A DNA stretch of 64,000 nucleotides, from assembly GCA_029855935.1 (NCBI GenBank), contig JAGSHN010000019.1, forward strand, positions 32,001-96,000. Reading direction: 5' to 3'. Under the pieces are notes generated by a model. That model saw only the letters and a program-made list of their open reading frames with translations, did no database searches and had not been told where the DNA came from. Each line of letters begins with the position of its first letter. Position 1 is the stretch's first letter. Below, piece by piece: positions 55,507 through 64,000 of the stretch. The DNA comes from Candidatus Thorarchaeota archaeon (GTDB lineage: Archaea; Asgardarchaeota; Thorarchaeia; Thorarchaeales; Thorarchaeaceae). The position numbers and the translations under genes are program-made.

Positions 55507-57531
55507 ATGATGTTTGATGTGTCCAAGGCGATGACCATCTCGCTGTCGGACGAGTTTCCTCCCGACCCTGTGTTTGATCCCAAGATCCGGAGGGCACCAA
55601 GCAGGGGCTTCACGCTCACAGAGAAGGAAACCGTCCTCGCCCTCAAGAACGCGCTCAGGTATGTCCCTGAGAAGCTGCACAAGCGTCTTGCCCCTGAGTT
55701 CCTCAAGGAACTGATGGATCGTGGTCGTATCTATGCCTACAGATACAGGCCGCCGGGCAGGATATACGCGCGGCCTGTCGACGAATACAGGGGGATTCTT
55801 GAGGCGCGGGCCATCCAGGTGATGATTGACAACAATCTGGACTTTGATGTGGCGCTGTATCCCTATGAACTCGTCACATATGGTGAGACTGGCCAAGTAT
55901 GTCAGAACTGGATGCAGTACCGCCTCATCAAGAAGTACCTTGAGGTGATGACAGAAGAGCAGACCCTCATCGTCATGTCTGGCCATCCGCTGGGGCTGTT
56001 CCCATCTCGTCGTGACGCGCCACGGGTGATATCCACAAACGGTCTAATGGTGGGCATGTTTGACACACCTGAGGAGTTTCACCGTGCACAGGCCCTTGGG
56101 GTGGCCAACTACGGTCAGATGACAGCTGGTGGCTGGATGTACATTGGTCCCCAGGGCATAGTCCACGGGACGTATATCACACTGCTCAATGCCGGACGGC
56201 TCTATCTGGGCGTGCCTCCTGACAAGGACCTGAGCGGACATGTGTATCTCAGCTCTGGTCTTGGCGGAATGAGCGGTGCGCAGGCCAAGGCAATTGAGAT
56301 TGCAGGCGGCATTGGCATCATCGCTGAGGTTGACAAGAGCCGCATCGACACCAGATTGGAGCAGGGTTGGTTGTCGAAGTGGACCGACGACCTAGACCAA
56401 GTCTTTGAGTGGGTGGAGGAGCATCGCAAGACGGGAGCTCCAGTGTCCATAGGCTACTACGGAAATGTCGTGGACCTCTGGCAGTACGTTGTGGACAAGA
56501 ACATCCCGATAGAGCTTGCCTCTGACCAGACATCCTGCCATGCGGTCTACGAGGGTGGCTATACTCCTCAGGGAGTGACGTATGAGGAGGGCAAGAGGCT
56601 GCTGAAGGAGAACTTCGACGAGTTCAGACGACTGGTCGACAGGTCGCTCCGCAAGCAGTTCGAGCTCATCAGGACAATGGCGGAGCGGGGCACCCACTTC
56701 TGGGACTACGGAAACAGCTTTATGAAGGCCGTCTTCGACGCTGGAGTGAGAGAGATTGCGAAGAACGGTCATGACACCTCTGAAGGCTTCATATTTCCCT
56801 CCTATGTCGAGGACATAATGGGCCCAATCTGCTTCGACTACGGCTACGGTCCGTTCAGGTGGGTCTGTCTGAGCGGCAAGCACGAGGACCTCATCGAGAC
56901 GGACAGGGCCGCTATGTCGTGTATCGATCCCACGCGACGTGCTCAGGACCGCGACAACTACGTCTGGATACGCGATGCAGAGAAGAACAATCTCGTGGTT
57001 GGCTCAGAAGCGCGAATTCTCTATGCCGATGCGGCAGGCCGTGTCAAGATTGCTCTCAAGTTCAACCAGCTGGTGCGCGAGGGCAAGATTGGTCCTGTCA
57101 TGCTCGGCCGTGATCATCACGACACTGGTGGCACTGACTCGCCCTTCAGAGAGACCTCGAACATCCGTGATGGCAGCAATGTGATGAGCGATATGGCACA
57201 CCACTGTTGGGCAGGAAACGCTGCCCGTGGCATGACGATGGTAGTTCTCTCCAACGGTGGCGGTGTGGGAACTGGCAAGGCAATCAACGGCGGCTTCGGT
57301 CTGGTCCTTGATGGCAGTGAGCGCGTCGACAGGATAATCCGCTCTGCGCTGGACTGGGACGTGATGAGTGGCGTGGCTCGAAGGGCGTGGGCCCGCAACG
57401 AACACGCGCTTGAGACGGCTATCGAATGGAACGAGCGGATGGAGGGCCAGGGCCACATCACTCTGCCATATATCCCGGAGGAGGGCCTCGTCGAGGAGCT
57501 TGTCAGAGAGGCCTTCGAGGAGCGCAGGTGA
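55507..57531 (+). CDS. hutU: Urocanate hydratase (long form)
   Basis: NNLD..VA..P.ELVTYG, GQMTAG.W.YIGPQGIVHGT, GLGGMSGAQ, SDQTSCH, GRDHHD. Confidence 0.97.
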   Translation: MMFDVSKAMTISLSDEFPPDPVFDPKIRRAPSRGFTLTEKETVLALKNALRYVPEKLHKRLAPEFLKELMDRGRIYAYRYRPPGRIYARPVDEYRGILEARAIQVMIDNNLDFDVALYPYELVTYGETGQVCQNWMQYRLIKKYLEVMTEEQTLIVMSGHPLGLFPSRRDAPRVISTNGLMVGMFDTPEEFHRAQALGVANYGQMTAGGWMYIGPQGIVHGTYITLLNAGRLYLGVPPDKDLSGHVYLSSGLGGMSGAQAKAIEIAGGIGIIAEVDKSRIDTRLEQGWLSKWTDDLDQVFEWVEEHRKTGAPVSIGYYGNVVDLWQYVVDKNIPIELASDQTSCHAVYEGGYTPQGVTYEEGKRLLKENFDEFRRLVDRSLRKQFELIRTMAERGTHFWDYGNSFMKAVFDAGVREIAKNGHDTSEGFIFPSYVEDIMGPICFDYGYGPFRWVCLSGKHEDLIETDRAAMSCIDPTRRAQDRDNYVWIRDAEKNNLVVGSEARILYADAAGRVKIALKFNQLVREGKIGPVMLGRDHHDTGGTDSPFRETSNIRDGSNVMSDMAHHCWAGNAARGMTMVVLSNGGGVGTGKAINGGFGLVLDGSERVDRIIRSALDWDVMSGVARRAWARNEHALETAIEWNERMEGQGHITLPYIPEEGLVEELVREAFEERR

Positions 57532-57588
57532 GTCCTACTACTGGCGGCGACGGGGGTCATAGCGGCCCCCGCCGCAGTGGTCCCTTCA

Positions 57589-58248
57589 TCAGCGGGTCTC
57601 GCTCTGACTGGCGAGCCCGTGTTTCAGTACATCTCCTGACAGGATGTGCGCCTCACGGATTGGCTGTACGGCCCCATCCCATATTGATGATCTCACTACG
57701 CGTATTGCAGTCTCGAGGCTGACACCGTGTCCCACCGAGACGTATATCGGTCGTCCTCGTCCCTCGGGCCAGAGTGCTGCGCCCAGCACCTCGTCATCCT
57801 CTGTCACCATAGCGACATCCCCCGCACGTTCTCGTATGGTCCCAAGCAGCAGGCTCTTTGCAACACCTATCGTCTGTATGCCGAGTTCCACGCCCACCAG
57901 ACAGGCCAGACCGAATCTGCGCGGATGGAGGATGCCGTTCGCATCAATCAGGACAGGACCGTCCGGGCGGAACTGTCGTAATACCCGGATGATTGGAGGT
58001 CCCTCCCGCAACTGGAAGGCGCCCGGGATGTACTCTGCCTCAACGTGGTCCACATGATGCCCCACACGCAGAACGCGGCGTGAATGGATGTCCATCTCGA
58101 CAGCACATGCCACGGCCAACGGGTCAGCATAGGCGACATCCACTCCTGTGACGCGTGTTACCTCGATAGGCCGGATGTCAGCCTGAATGACCTCATGCGC
58201 CCTTCTTCTCTGCTCCTCGTATACCTCTCGAAGGCGTTTCTCATCCAT
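57589..58248 (-). CDS. nfi: Endonuclease V
   Basis: GVDVAY, YIPG..LRE, LIDANGILHPR..G.A, IGVAK, YVSVGH. Confidence 0.92.
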   Translation of the reverse strand: MDEKRLREVYEEQRRRAHEVIQADIRPIEVTRVTGVDVAYADPLAVACAVEMDIHSRRVLRVGHHVDHVEAEYIPGAFQLREGPPIIRVLRQFRPDGPVLIDANGILHPRRFGLACLVGVELGIQTIGVAKSLLLGTIRERAGDVAMVTEDDEVLGAALWPEGRGRPIYVSVGHGVSLETAIRVVRSSIWDGAVQPIREAHILSGDVLKHGLASQSETR

Positions 58249-58443
58249 CGATACAATCCCGCCGACACGGAGAACAATCTGAGCGCAGTCCTCCCGCGAC
58301 GAACTTACGTCTTGTGATTGTCATTCAGTCATAACCGAATGAGGATATACTGTGAGTCTCGCGTACGGCAAGTCTTAAAGCAGGGCTCCAAGACAGCGTA
58401 AGTCGCTGAGAGCAGGGTCATCTCACAGGGTGTTGATCAAGGG

Positions 58444-59979
58444 ATGACGGTCGCAATCGATGGTGAGAGTCTGACAATCGAGGATGTTGTCCGCGTCGCA
58501 CGAGATGGAGTACAGGTTGTCCTCTCAGAGAGCGCCCGCGACAAGATTCTTCGGAGTCGTGAGGTCGTCGAGACTGCTGTGCGGGAGGGACGTACAGTCT
58601 ATGGTGTGAACACAGGGTTCGGTGACCTAGCGAATGTGACAATCGATGCTGCGGATGTTGCAGCCCTACAGCTCAACCTCATACGAAGTCACAGTGTCGG
58701 TGTCGGTGACCCGTTTCCGGACGAGGTTGTACGGGCTATGATGCTCCTGCGAGCAAATGCTCTGGCCAAGGGCTACTCCGGCGTCAGGCTTGTGGTGGTC
58801 GAGACTCTGATCGAGATGCTCAATCGTGATGTGGTGCCCGTCGTCCCACAGCAGGGATCTGTGGGGTCGAGTGGCGACCTAGCACCGCTGGCCCATATGG
58901 TACTTGTGATGATTGGTGAGGGCGAGGCACGGTATGGTGATGATGTCTTCTCAGGTGAGGAGGCAATGCACCGAGCGGGGATTGAGACACTGCATCTAGA
59001 GGCGAAGGAGGGCGTTGCACTGATCAACGGCACGCAGCCCATGACCGCTGTCGGTGCTCTCGCGGTACACGATGCGCTCGCACTCGTTCGGGATGCCACT
59101 ATTGCGGGCGCGATGGGCCTTGAGGCGCTGAGAGGCACAAGGAGGGCGTACGACCCACGCATACACAGGATACGACCACACGAGGGACAGGCCGATGCCG
59201 CACAGGCACTGCTCAGAGTCCTGCAGGACAGCGAGATCAACCAGTCTCACGCCGACTGTGGCAAGGTGCAGGATGCCTATTCTCTGCGTTGCTTTCCTCA
59301 GGTACTGGGTGCCTGTATCGATGCCATAAGATATGTCTACAGCGTCATTGAGACAGAGATCAATGCGGCCACCGACAACCCTCTCGTCTTCTACGAGGGA
59401 GGTCACGATGTCATATCTGGAGGAAACTTTCACGGTGAGCCCATTGCTCTCGCAATGGACTTTCTCGCCATCGCTCTTGCCGAGATTGGCAACATCGCCG
59501 AGCGCAGGATAAACCGGCTTGTGGACCCGAAGTTGAGCGGTCTTCCTGCCTTTCTGACCCGGAACAGTGGCCTGCAGTCGGGGATGATGATTGCACAGTA
59601 CACAGCCGCCTCTCTCGTGTCAGAGAACAAGGTCCTCGCGCATCCGGCAAGTGTCGACTCAATCCCCACGAGTGCTGAACAGGAGGACCACGTTAGCATG
59701 GGGACCATTGCTGCGAGGAAGGCCCGTCAGGTCCTTGAGAACGTCCGCAACATCGTGGCGATTGAGTATCTGTGTGCATCGCAAGGGATTGACCTATTGC
59801 GTCCATTGCGCACGTCTGAACCGCTCGAATGCGCGCACGCCGTCATTCGGACTAGGGTGAGGGATCTCACAGATGACCGTCCGCTCTATCTGGACATCCG
59901 CGAGATTCGTAGCCTGATGGACAGTGGCGAGGTAGTCTCCGCAGTCGAGGCGGTCACAGGACCACTCTATGAGCCCTGA
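58444..59979 (+). CDS. hutH: Histidine ammonia-lyase
   Basis: YGVNTGFG, GSVGSSGDLAPLAH (MIO), QDAYS.RC, TDNP, SGGNFH. Confidence 0.96.
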   Translation: MTVAIDGESLTIEDVVRVARDGVQVVLSESARDKILRSREVVETAVREGRTVYGVNTGFGDLANVTIDAADVAALQLNLIRSHSVGVGDPFPDEVVRAMMLLRANALAKGYSGVRLVVVETLIEMLNRDVVPVVPQQGSVGSSGDLAPLAHMVLVMIGEGEARYGDDVFSGEEAMHRAGIETLHLEAKEGVALINGTQPMTAVGALAVHDALALVRDATIAGAMGLEALRGTRRAYDPRIHRIRPHEGQADAAQALLRVLQDSEINQSHADCGKVQDAYSLRCFPQVLGACIDAIRYVYSVIETEINAATDNPLVFYEGGHDVISGGNFHGEPIALAMDFLAIALAEIGNIAERRINRLVDPKLSGLPAFLTRNSGLQSGMMIAQYTAASLVSENKVLAHPASVDSIPTSAEQEDHVSMGTIAARKARQVLENVRNIVAIEYLCASQGIDLLRPLRTSEPLECAHAVIRTRVRDLTDDRPLYLDIREIRSLMDSGEVVSAVEAVTGPLYEP

Positions 59980-60027
59980 GATGGACTGTGAGATGGTAAC
60001 CTGATGACTCAGATGCCAGCGGCTCGC

Positions 60028-61296
60028 TCAGGGTCCGAGCTTCGTGTGCACCACCTGCCCTGCCACTATCACCGTGTGAATGAGATTTGTGGCGAATCTG
60101 TAGGCCAGGTACTCGGGGTTTGGACAGTCGAGGACTATGATGTCGGCCCGTTTGCCTACCTCTATGGAGCCCAGCTGGTGCGCACGGTCAATCGCGTGAG
60201 CCGCATTGATCGTTGTGGCCGAGATTGCCTCTCTTGGGAACATCTTCATCTTGTAGCAGGCGAGGGCGATGGTGAAAAACATTGACTCATTGGCACAGTT
60301 GGGGTTGAAGTCTGTGGCAAGGGCAACAGGAAGCCCCATCTCAATCATATCGCGTGCGCGGGCGTAGTCGGTGTCAAGACTGAAGGCAGTCGCAGGAAGC
60401 AGAGTGGCAATCGTTCCTGCAAGACGCATCGCCTCAAGGTCATCATCCGATGCCATCAGCAGATGGTCGGCCGACACTGCACCAACCTCGGCGGCAAGGC
60501 CAGCACCTCCCAGATGGACAATCTCGTCAGCGTGAACCTTCAGTTTCATCCCCGCGCTCTTGGCTGCGAGGAGTATTCTCCGTGACTGCTCGATGTCGAA
60601 GACTCCTCTCTCACAGAACACGTCACAGAACTCGGCAAGACCCGCCTTGGCCACCGAGGGTATCATCTCGTCAACAACGAGGTCCACGTAGTCGTCCGTT
60701 CGTCCCTTGTATTCTGGTGGTACCGCGTGGGCCCCGAGAAAAGTTGTCACAATCTCTGAGGGGAGCATCTCTCTGAGTCTCTGTGCTGCTGCGAGCATCT
60801 TCATCTCGTGTTCCGTGCTAAGGCCGTACCCGCTCTTGACCTCGATAGTCGTTGTACCGAGGGTGAGCATTCCATCTGCAAATGAGAAGGCTATCTTGGC
60901 AAGTTCGTCCTCTGATGCCGCCCGTGTGGCTCTCAGAGTGTTGAGGATCCCGCCCCCAGCCTCAAGGATCTCCATGTAGGTCTTACCTGCCAATTTCATT
61001 GCAAAGTCGTTCTCGCGCGACCCGGCAAAGACAAGATGAGTGTGGCTGTCCACGAACCCGGGCATTGCAAACATACCGGGAAACTCGACCTCCAGCATCT
61101 CCGGTGCTGGCTCATCGATCTGACTGACGACATCCTGTGTAGGTCCGACAGATACTATTCTGCCTCTCTCTATGGCGATCGCAGCGTCCTCTATGATTTC
61201 GAGTTCCCTCAGATCCTCACCGGTCTTCGGTGAGTCCGTGTGTCCAGCCAGCGTCGCCAGTTGTCCTATGTGTTTCAACACGAGGTCGGGTCGCAT
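60028..61296 (-). CDS. hutI: Imidazolonepropionase
   Basis: PGFVDSHTH, EVKSGYGL, DVFCE, HADE, ATDFNP. Confidence 0.96.
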   Translation of the reverse strand: MRPDLVLKHIGQLATLAGHTDSPKTGEDLRELEIIEDAAIAIERGRIVSVGPTQDVVSQIDEPAPEMLEVEFPGMFAMPGFVDSHTHLVFAGSRENDFAMKLAGKTYMEILEAGGGILNTLRATRAASEDELAKIAFSFADGMLTLGTTTIEVKSGYGLSTEHEMKMLAAAQRLREMLPSEIVTTFLGAHAVPPEYKGRTDDYVDLVVDEMIPSVAKAGLAEFCDVFCERGVFDIEQSRRILLAAKSAGMKLKVHADEIVHLGGAGLAAEVGAVSADHLLMASDDDLEAMRLAGTIATLLPATAFSLDTDYARARDMIEMGLPVALATDFNPNCANESMFFTIALACYKMKMFPREAISATTINAAHAIDRAHQLGSIEVGKRADIIVLDCPNPEYLAYRFATNLIHTVIVAGQVVHTKLGP

Positions 61297-61444
61297 CCTG
61301 TTTCTCCCTGTCCTGCCTCGCTATCACGCCCTAATTTGAGTTGTGCCGTCTGGACTTCAGAGTTCAGCTGACGGGCCCTCACTGCGGTGAATTAATATGC
61401 CGCCAGCAGGTGCCTGACTCAGAGAACTGAGGCTGAGATGCGTC

Positions 61445-62026
61445 ATGGAGTACTTGGTGCTGGGCTGGGACGACATCTACAATCTGACCCTGCAGCTCTC
61501 CGAGAGGATAGTCGAGAGTAGCTACGAGCCCAACGTGATTGTGGGGATTGCACGTGGAGGATGGATTCCGGCGAGAATCCTGTCCGACGTGCTCTATACT
61601 CAGACGATGTGGAACGTTCGCATCGAGTACTATACCGAGCTCGGGATACGAGGTCCCGAGCCACGAGTGACCCAGCCTCTGTCTGTTCCTCTTGAGGGCA
61701 AGCGCATTCTTCTCGTTGACGAGGTGGCGGACACTGGTGAGAGCCTGAGTCATGCTGTCGACTACGTCCGTTCTCTCGATGTCGCTGATGTCCGTACGGC
61801 TGTCTTGCACCTCAAGCCGGCATCGATGATCCGCCCGGACTACTACATCCAGGAGGTCAATGCCTGGATAGTCTATCCGTGGGAGATACGCGAGTCGATA
61901 ATCGCGCTTGTCAAGGAATTCCGCCGACAGGACCCGACGCTCACCCTGAAGGACATCCGTGACCGTCTCGTCTTCGAGGTGGGGTTCGACCCGACACTCG
62001 CCGACTACTTCATTAAGCGGCTCTGA
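61445..62026 (+). CDS. Purine phosphoribosyltransferase family protein
   Basis: IARGGW, LLVDEVADTGES, WIVYPWE. Confidence 0.9.
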   Translation: MEYLVLGWDDIYNLTLQLSERIVESSYEPNVIVGIARGGWIPARILSDVLYTQTMWNVRIEYYTELGIRGPEPRVTQPLSVPLEGKRILLVDEVADTGESLSHAVDYVRSLDVADVRTAVLHLKPASMIRPDYYIQEVNAWIVYPWEIRESIIALVKEFRRQDPTLTLKDIRDRLVFEVGFDPTLADYFIKRL

Positions 62027-62038
62027 TGTCCCCTCCTC

Positions 62039-62623
62039 GTGATGATTATCGAGACGCTCATACACGGCTCCAAGGAGCTCAAGGTCGGTATCTCAGAGCT
62101 TGACAACCGTGCTGGTCTGACTGACTCGCAGATGATCGATGTGGCACGTCACGCCTCTGAGGGGTTGCTTGCGCTGCGCCTCTTCGACCCCGCCAATATT
62201 GCAGCGCCCATCCACGTACTGTCTGCGGCACAGAATGCGCTGAATGCGTGGCTCGGCGACTATGCGATCACACGATCTCTCGACCTTGAGATAGTGGTCT
62301 ATGCCTCTGCTCAGCGTCAGATCGACCGTGCGCTTGCGCTGTTGGGCCTCAGACCAGGCCTCTCCACCGTGGGTGTCGTGATGATTGGTAGTTCCGAGAC
62401 TGACCTCAAGGCCGCGCTTGCAAGGCTGTCATCAGACATTGGTCCCGAGAGACCGACTCCGTTTGCCCCCACCGAGGAGCGACTGAAACGGGTTGCCGAG
62501 GCCTTTGGAGTCTCCGAGTCTGAGATTGATATTCTGGCCGGCGGCCGAACTGTTGAGGAACGTGTTGAAGCGCTTGCACGATGTGTCGTCGGTCGTGTGT
62601 CGGTGGTCGCCGTCGAGTCCTAG
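62039..62623 (+). CDS. cgi121: KEOPS complex subunit Cgi121
   Basis: HVLSA..NA, RSLDLEIVVYASAQRQI..A. Confidence 0.85.
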   Translation: MMIIETLIHGSKELKVGISELDNRAGLTDSQMIDVARHASEGLLALRLFDPANIAAPIHVLSAAQNALNAWLGDYAITRSLDLEIVVYASAQRQIDRALALLGLRPGLSTVGVVMIGSSETDLKAALARLSSDIGPERPTPFAPTEERLKRVAEAFGVSESEIDILAGGRTVEERVEALARCVVGRVSVVAVES

Positions 62624-63153
62624 TACTGGTCATCACGCATCGTCATTATTGAGAGGATGTCCTTCTCGGGGACAAGGACCGAGACACCCGTCCACTCTCC
62701 CACCACCTCAATCCACACAGTCCTGTCGGGATTGTCCAGATTGACCTCTCTGTTGATGAGTGGTGCGACCTCGTTGATGATATCCCCACCTCTCAGCTCC
62801 GTATGCCTAGTGCGGACCGTGATTCTGAACGTCTCCATTTCGGCTATCTTGTTGCCAAGTTCCTCCACCGCTGCCTTGATACTGTCAATCTCTGTGGGGA
62901 CGCATCTCTCAAGCGGGATGAACTTTATTGCGAACCGGAACTGATAGGGGTTCTCCTCAGCAATCTCTCTCAGCCTACGGACGACCTCGAAGGGGTCCAG
63001 CGAGGTCTTGGACGCCAAGAGGCCTGTCACTCGTGTCCGATGCACTCTCAGCCGCTCGTCTCCGAGGAGGTCACCGACGAAGTACTGTACCTCCGACTGG
63101 GCTGCACGTTCACGGTTTCGTGGACAGGCTATGAGCAGGTTGTATTCGGCCAT
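62620..63153 (-). CDS. Stand-alone THUMP domain protein (Tan1-like)
   Basis: TFRITV..R, VNLDNPD..V.IEV. Confidence 0.85.
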   Translation of the reverse strand: MAEYNLLIACPRNRERAAQSEVQYFVGDLLGDERLRVHRTRVTGLLASKTSLDPFEVVRRLREIAEENPYQFRFAIKFIPLERCVPTEIDSIKAAVEELGNKIAEMETFRITVRTRHTELRGGDIINEVAPLINREVNLDNPDRTVWIEVVGEWTGVSVLVPEKDILSIMTMRDDQY

Positions 63154-63162
63154 ATCATCAAC

Positions 63163-63873
63163 TCAGCTCTCGTGATGGATGATTCTTGCTGTCCAGAGTT
63201 CCATTGCAGCGGCGTCGCTGCGGAGTACTCTTGTCAGGTTCTCTATTGAGATGGCGCCCTCTCGATACACCCTGATACTGGCTGGGGTATTGCCATCCAC
63301 TCTCACGATGGTGGAGTTGGCAGTCGCGCTCGAACGACCGCCATCAATATAGAGATCCACCTCATCACCGAGCTGCAGTCTCGCACTATCGACGTCAAAG
63401 GGAGTGGGTCCACCGCTGATGTTCGCACTGGTCCCCACTATGGGAGCGCCTATTCGCCTTGCCATCCCCCGCGGAATCACGTGGTCTGGAACGCGGATGG
63501 CGATGCTCTCGTGCCTTCCTCTGATGCGCGGACTGACCTCTCGCGACGGACACACAATCATCGTCAGGGCGCCAGGCCAGAAGAGTCTCGCCAGAGCGAG
63601 TTCGAGGCCGTAGAAATCGTGGTACTCCTTGCACTGCTCAAGGTCGTGAAAGAGTAGTGGCAGTCCCATCAGTGGATCTCTGTGCTTGACTTGAATGAGC
63701 CTGTCAACAGCTGCGTCAATCCCGGGGTCACAGCCTATCCCATAGCTCGTGTCAGTGGGATAGACTACAAGACCGCCTCTCTCGAGTACCTGCACAGCCT
63801 CATCGAGTATCGGGGTCAGGTCGCCTCCCTCTGAGTACGTCACGACCTTGCTCGACAAATAGACCACATGCAT
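63163..63873 (-). CDS. sua5: Threonylcarbamoyl-AMP synthase (short YrdC/TsaC type)
   Basis: PTDTSYG, K.R, FWPG.LT, TSANISG, STIV; no C-terminal Sua5 domain. Confidence 0.9.
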   Translation of the reverse strand: MHVVYLSSKVVTYSEGGDLTPILDEAVQVLERGGLVVYPTDTSYGIGCDPGIDAAVDRLIQVKHRDPLMGLPLLFHDLEQCKEYHDFYGLELALARLFWPGALTMIVCPSREVSPRIRGRHESIAIRVPDHVIPRGMARRIGAPIVGTSANISGGPTPFDVDSARLQLGDEVDLYIDGGRSSATANSTIVRVDGNTPASIRVYREGAISIENLTRVLRSDAAAMELWTARIIHHES

Positions 63874-64000
63874 AGCCCTGCCTCCAAATACACTTATGGG
63901 CCTTGCGCTCAGCTGGATGGTGGGGAACCGCAACGGCGACGAATAGGATGAGAGATGCTCGACTCACCGGTGTCATTCTGGCGGCCGGGCGCGGCGAGAG

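Noticed and set aside
140-63634. Many long overlapping ORFs on the opposite strand or frame (e.g. 27768-28610, 37017-37883, 49296-50078, 34256-34960)
   Set aside because: Shadow ORFs expected from GC-rich codon usage; they overlap well-supported genes and show no motifs.
1-64000. CRISPR arrays, IS elements, integrases, rRNA or tRNA genes
   Set aside because: No spaced direct repeats, transposase or integrase motifs, or RNA-gene signatures found by eye.

Overview
Archaeal chromosomal segment of moderately high GC, densely coding, with many GTG/TTG starts and GGTGA/GGAGG Shine-Dalgarno sites. The gene content (proteasome-exosome superoperon, KEOPS subunits, short LRR proteins, expanded HdrABC, a Nuo-ordered group 4 [NiFe] hydrogenase, tandem Lrp-like regulators) fits an Asgard archaeon, probably Thorarchaeia; this is inferred, not searched. 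Layout: (1) 0-16.5 kb accessory region with regulators, secreted proteins, LRR proteins, a subtilisin and ahcY; (2) 16.6-40.2 kb energy block with a nuoABCDHI-like hydrogenase, korDABC, three hdrCB pairs and two internally duplicated hdrA genes, one fused to mvhD; (3) 40.7-44.1 kb NikR-linked metal ABC transporter; (4) 44.8-54.7 kb psmA-SBDS-rrp4/41/42-rpl37ae-Brix-pcc1-pfdB-DHH-ECF superoperon; (5) 55.5-64 kb histidine utilisation, endonuclease V, PRT and t6A genes. The strongest unexplained signal is a two-gene cassette that occurs twice: a small secreted beta-rich protein with a DxDxD loop and a C-terminal FDPP-G motif, followed directly by a ~380-aa tandem-wHTH Lrp-like regulator. It may be an undescribed extracellular-signal/regulator system. 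Also notable are several structured intergenic RNA candidates and membrane-tethered DNA-binding proteins. No tRNA, rRNA, CRISPR array or mobile element was recognised.
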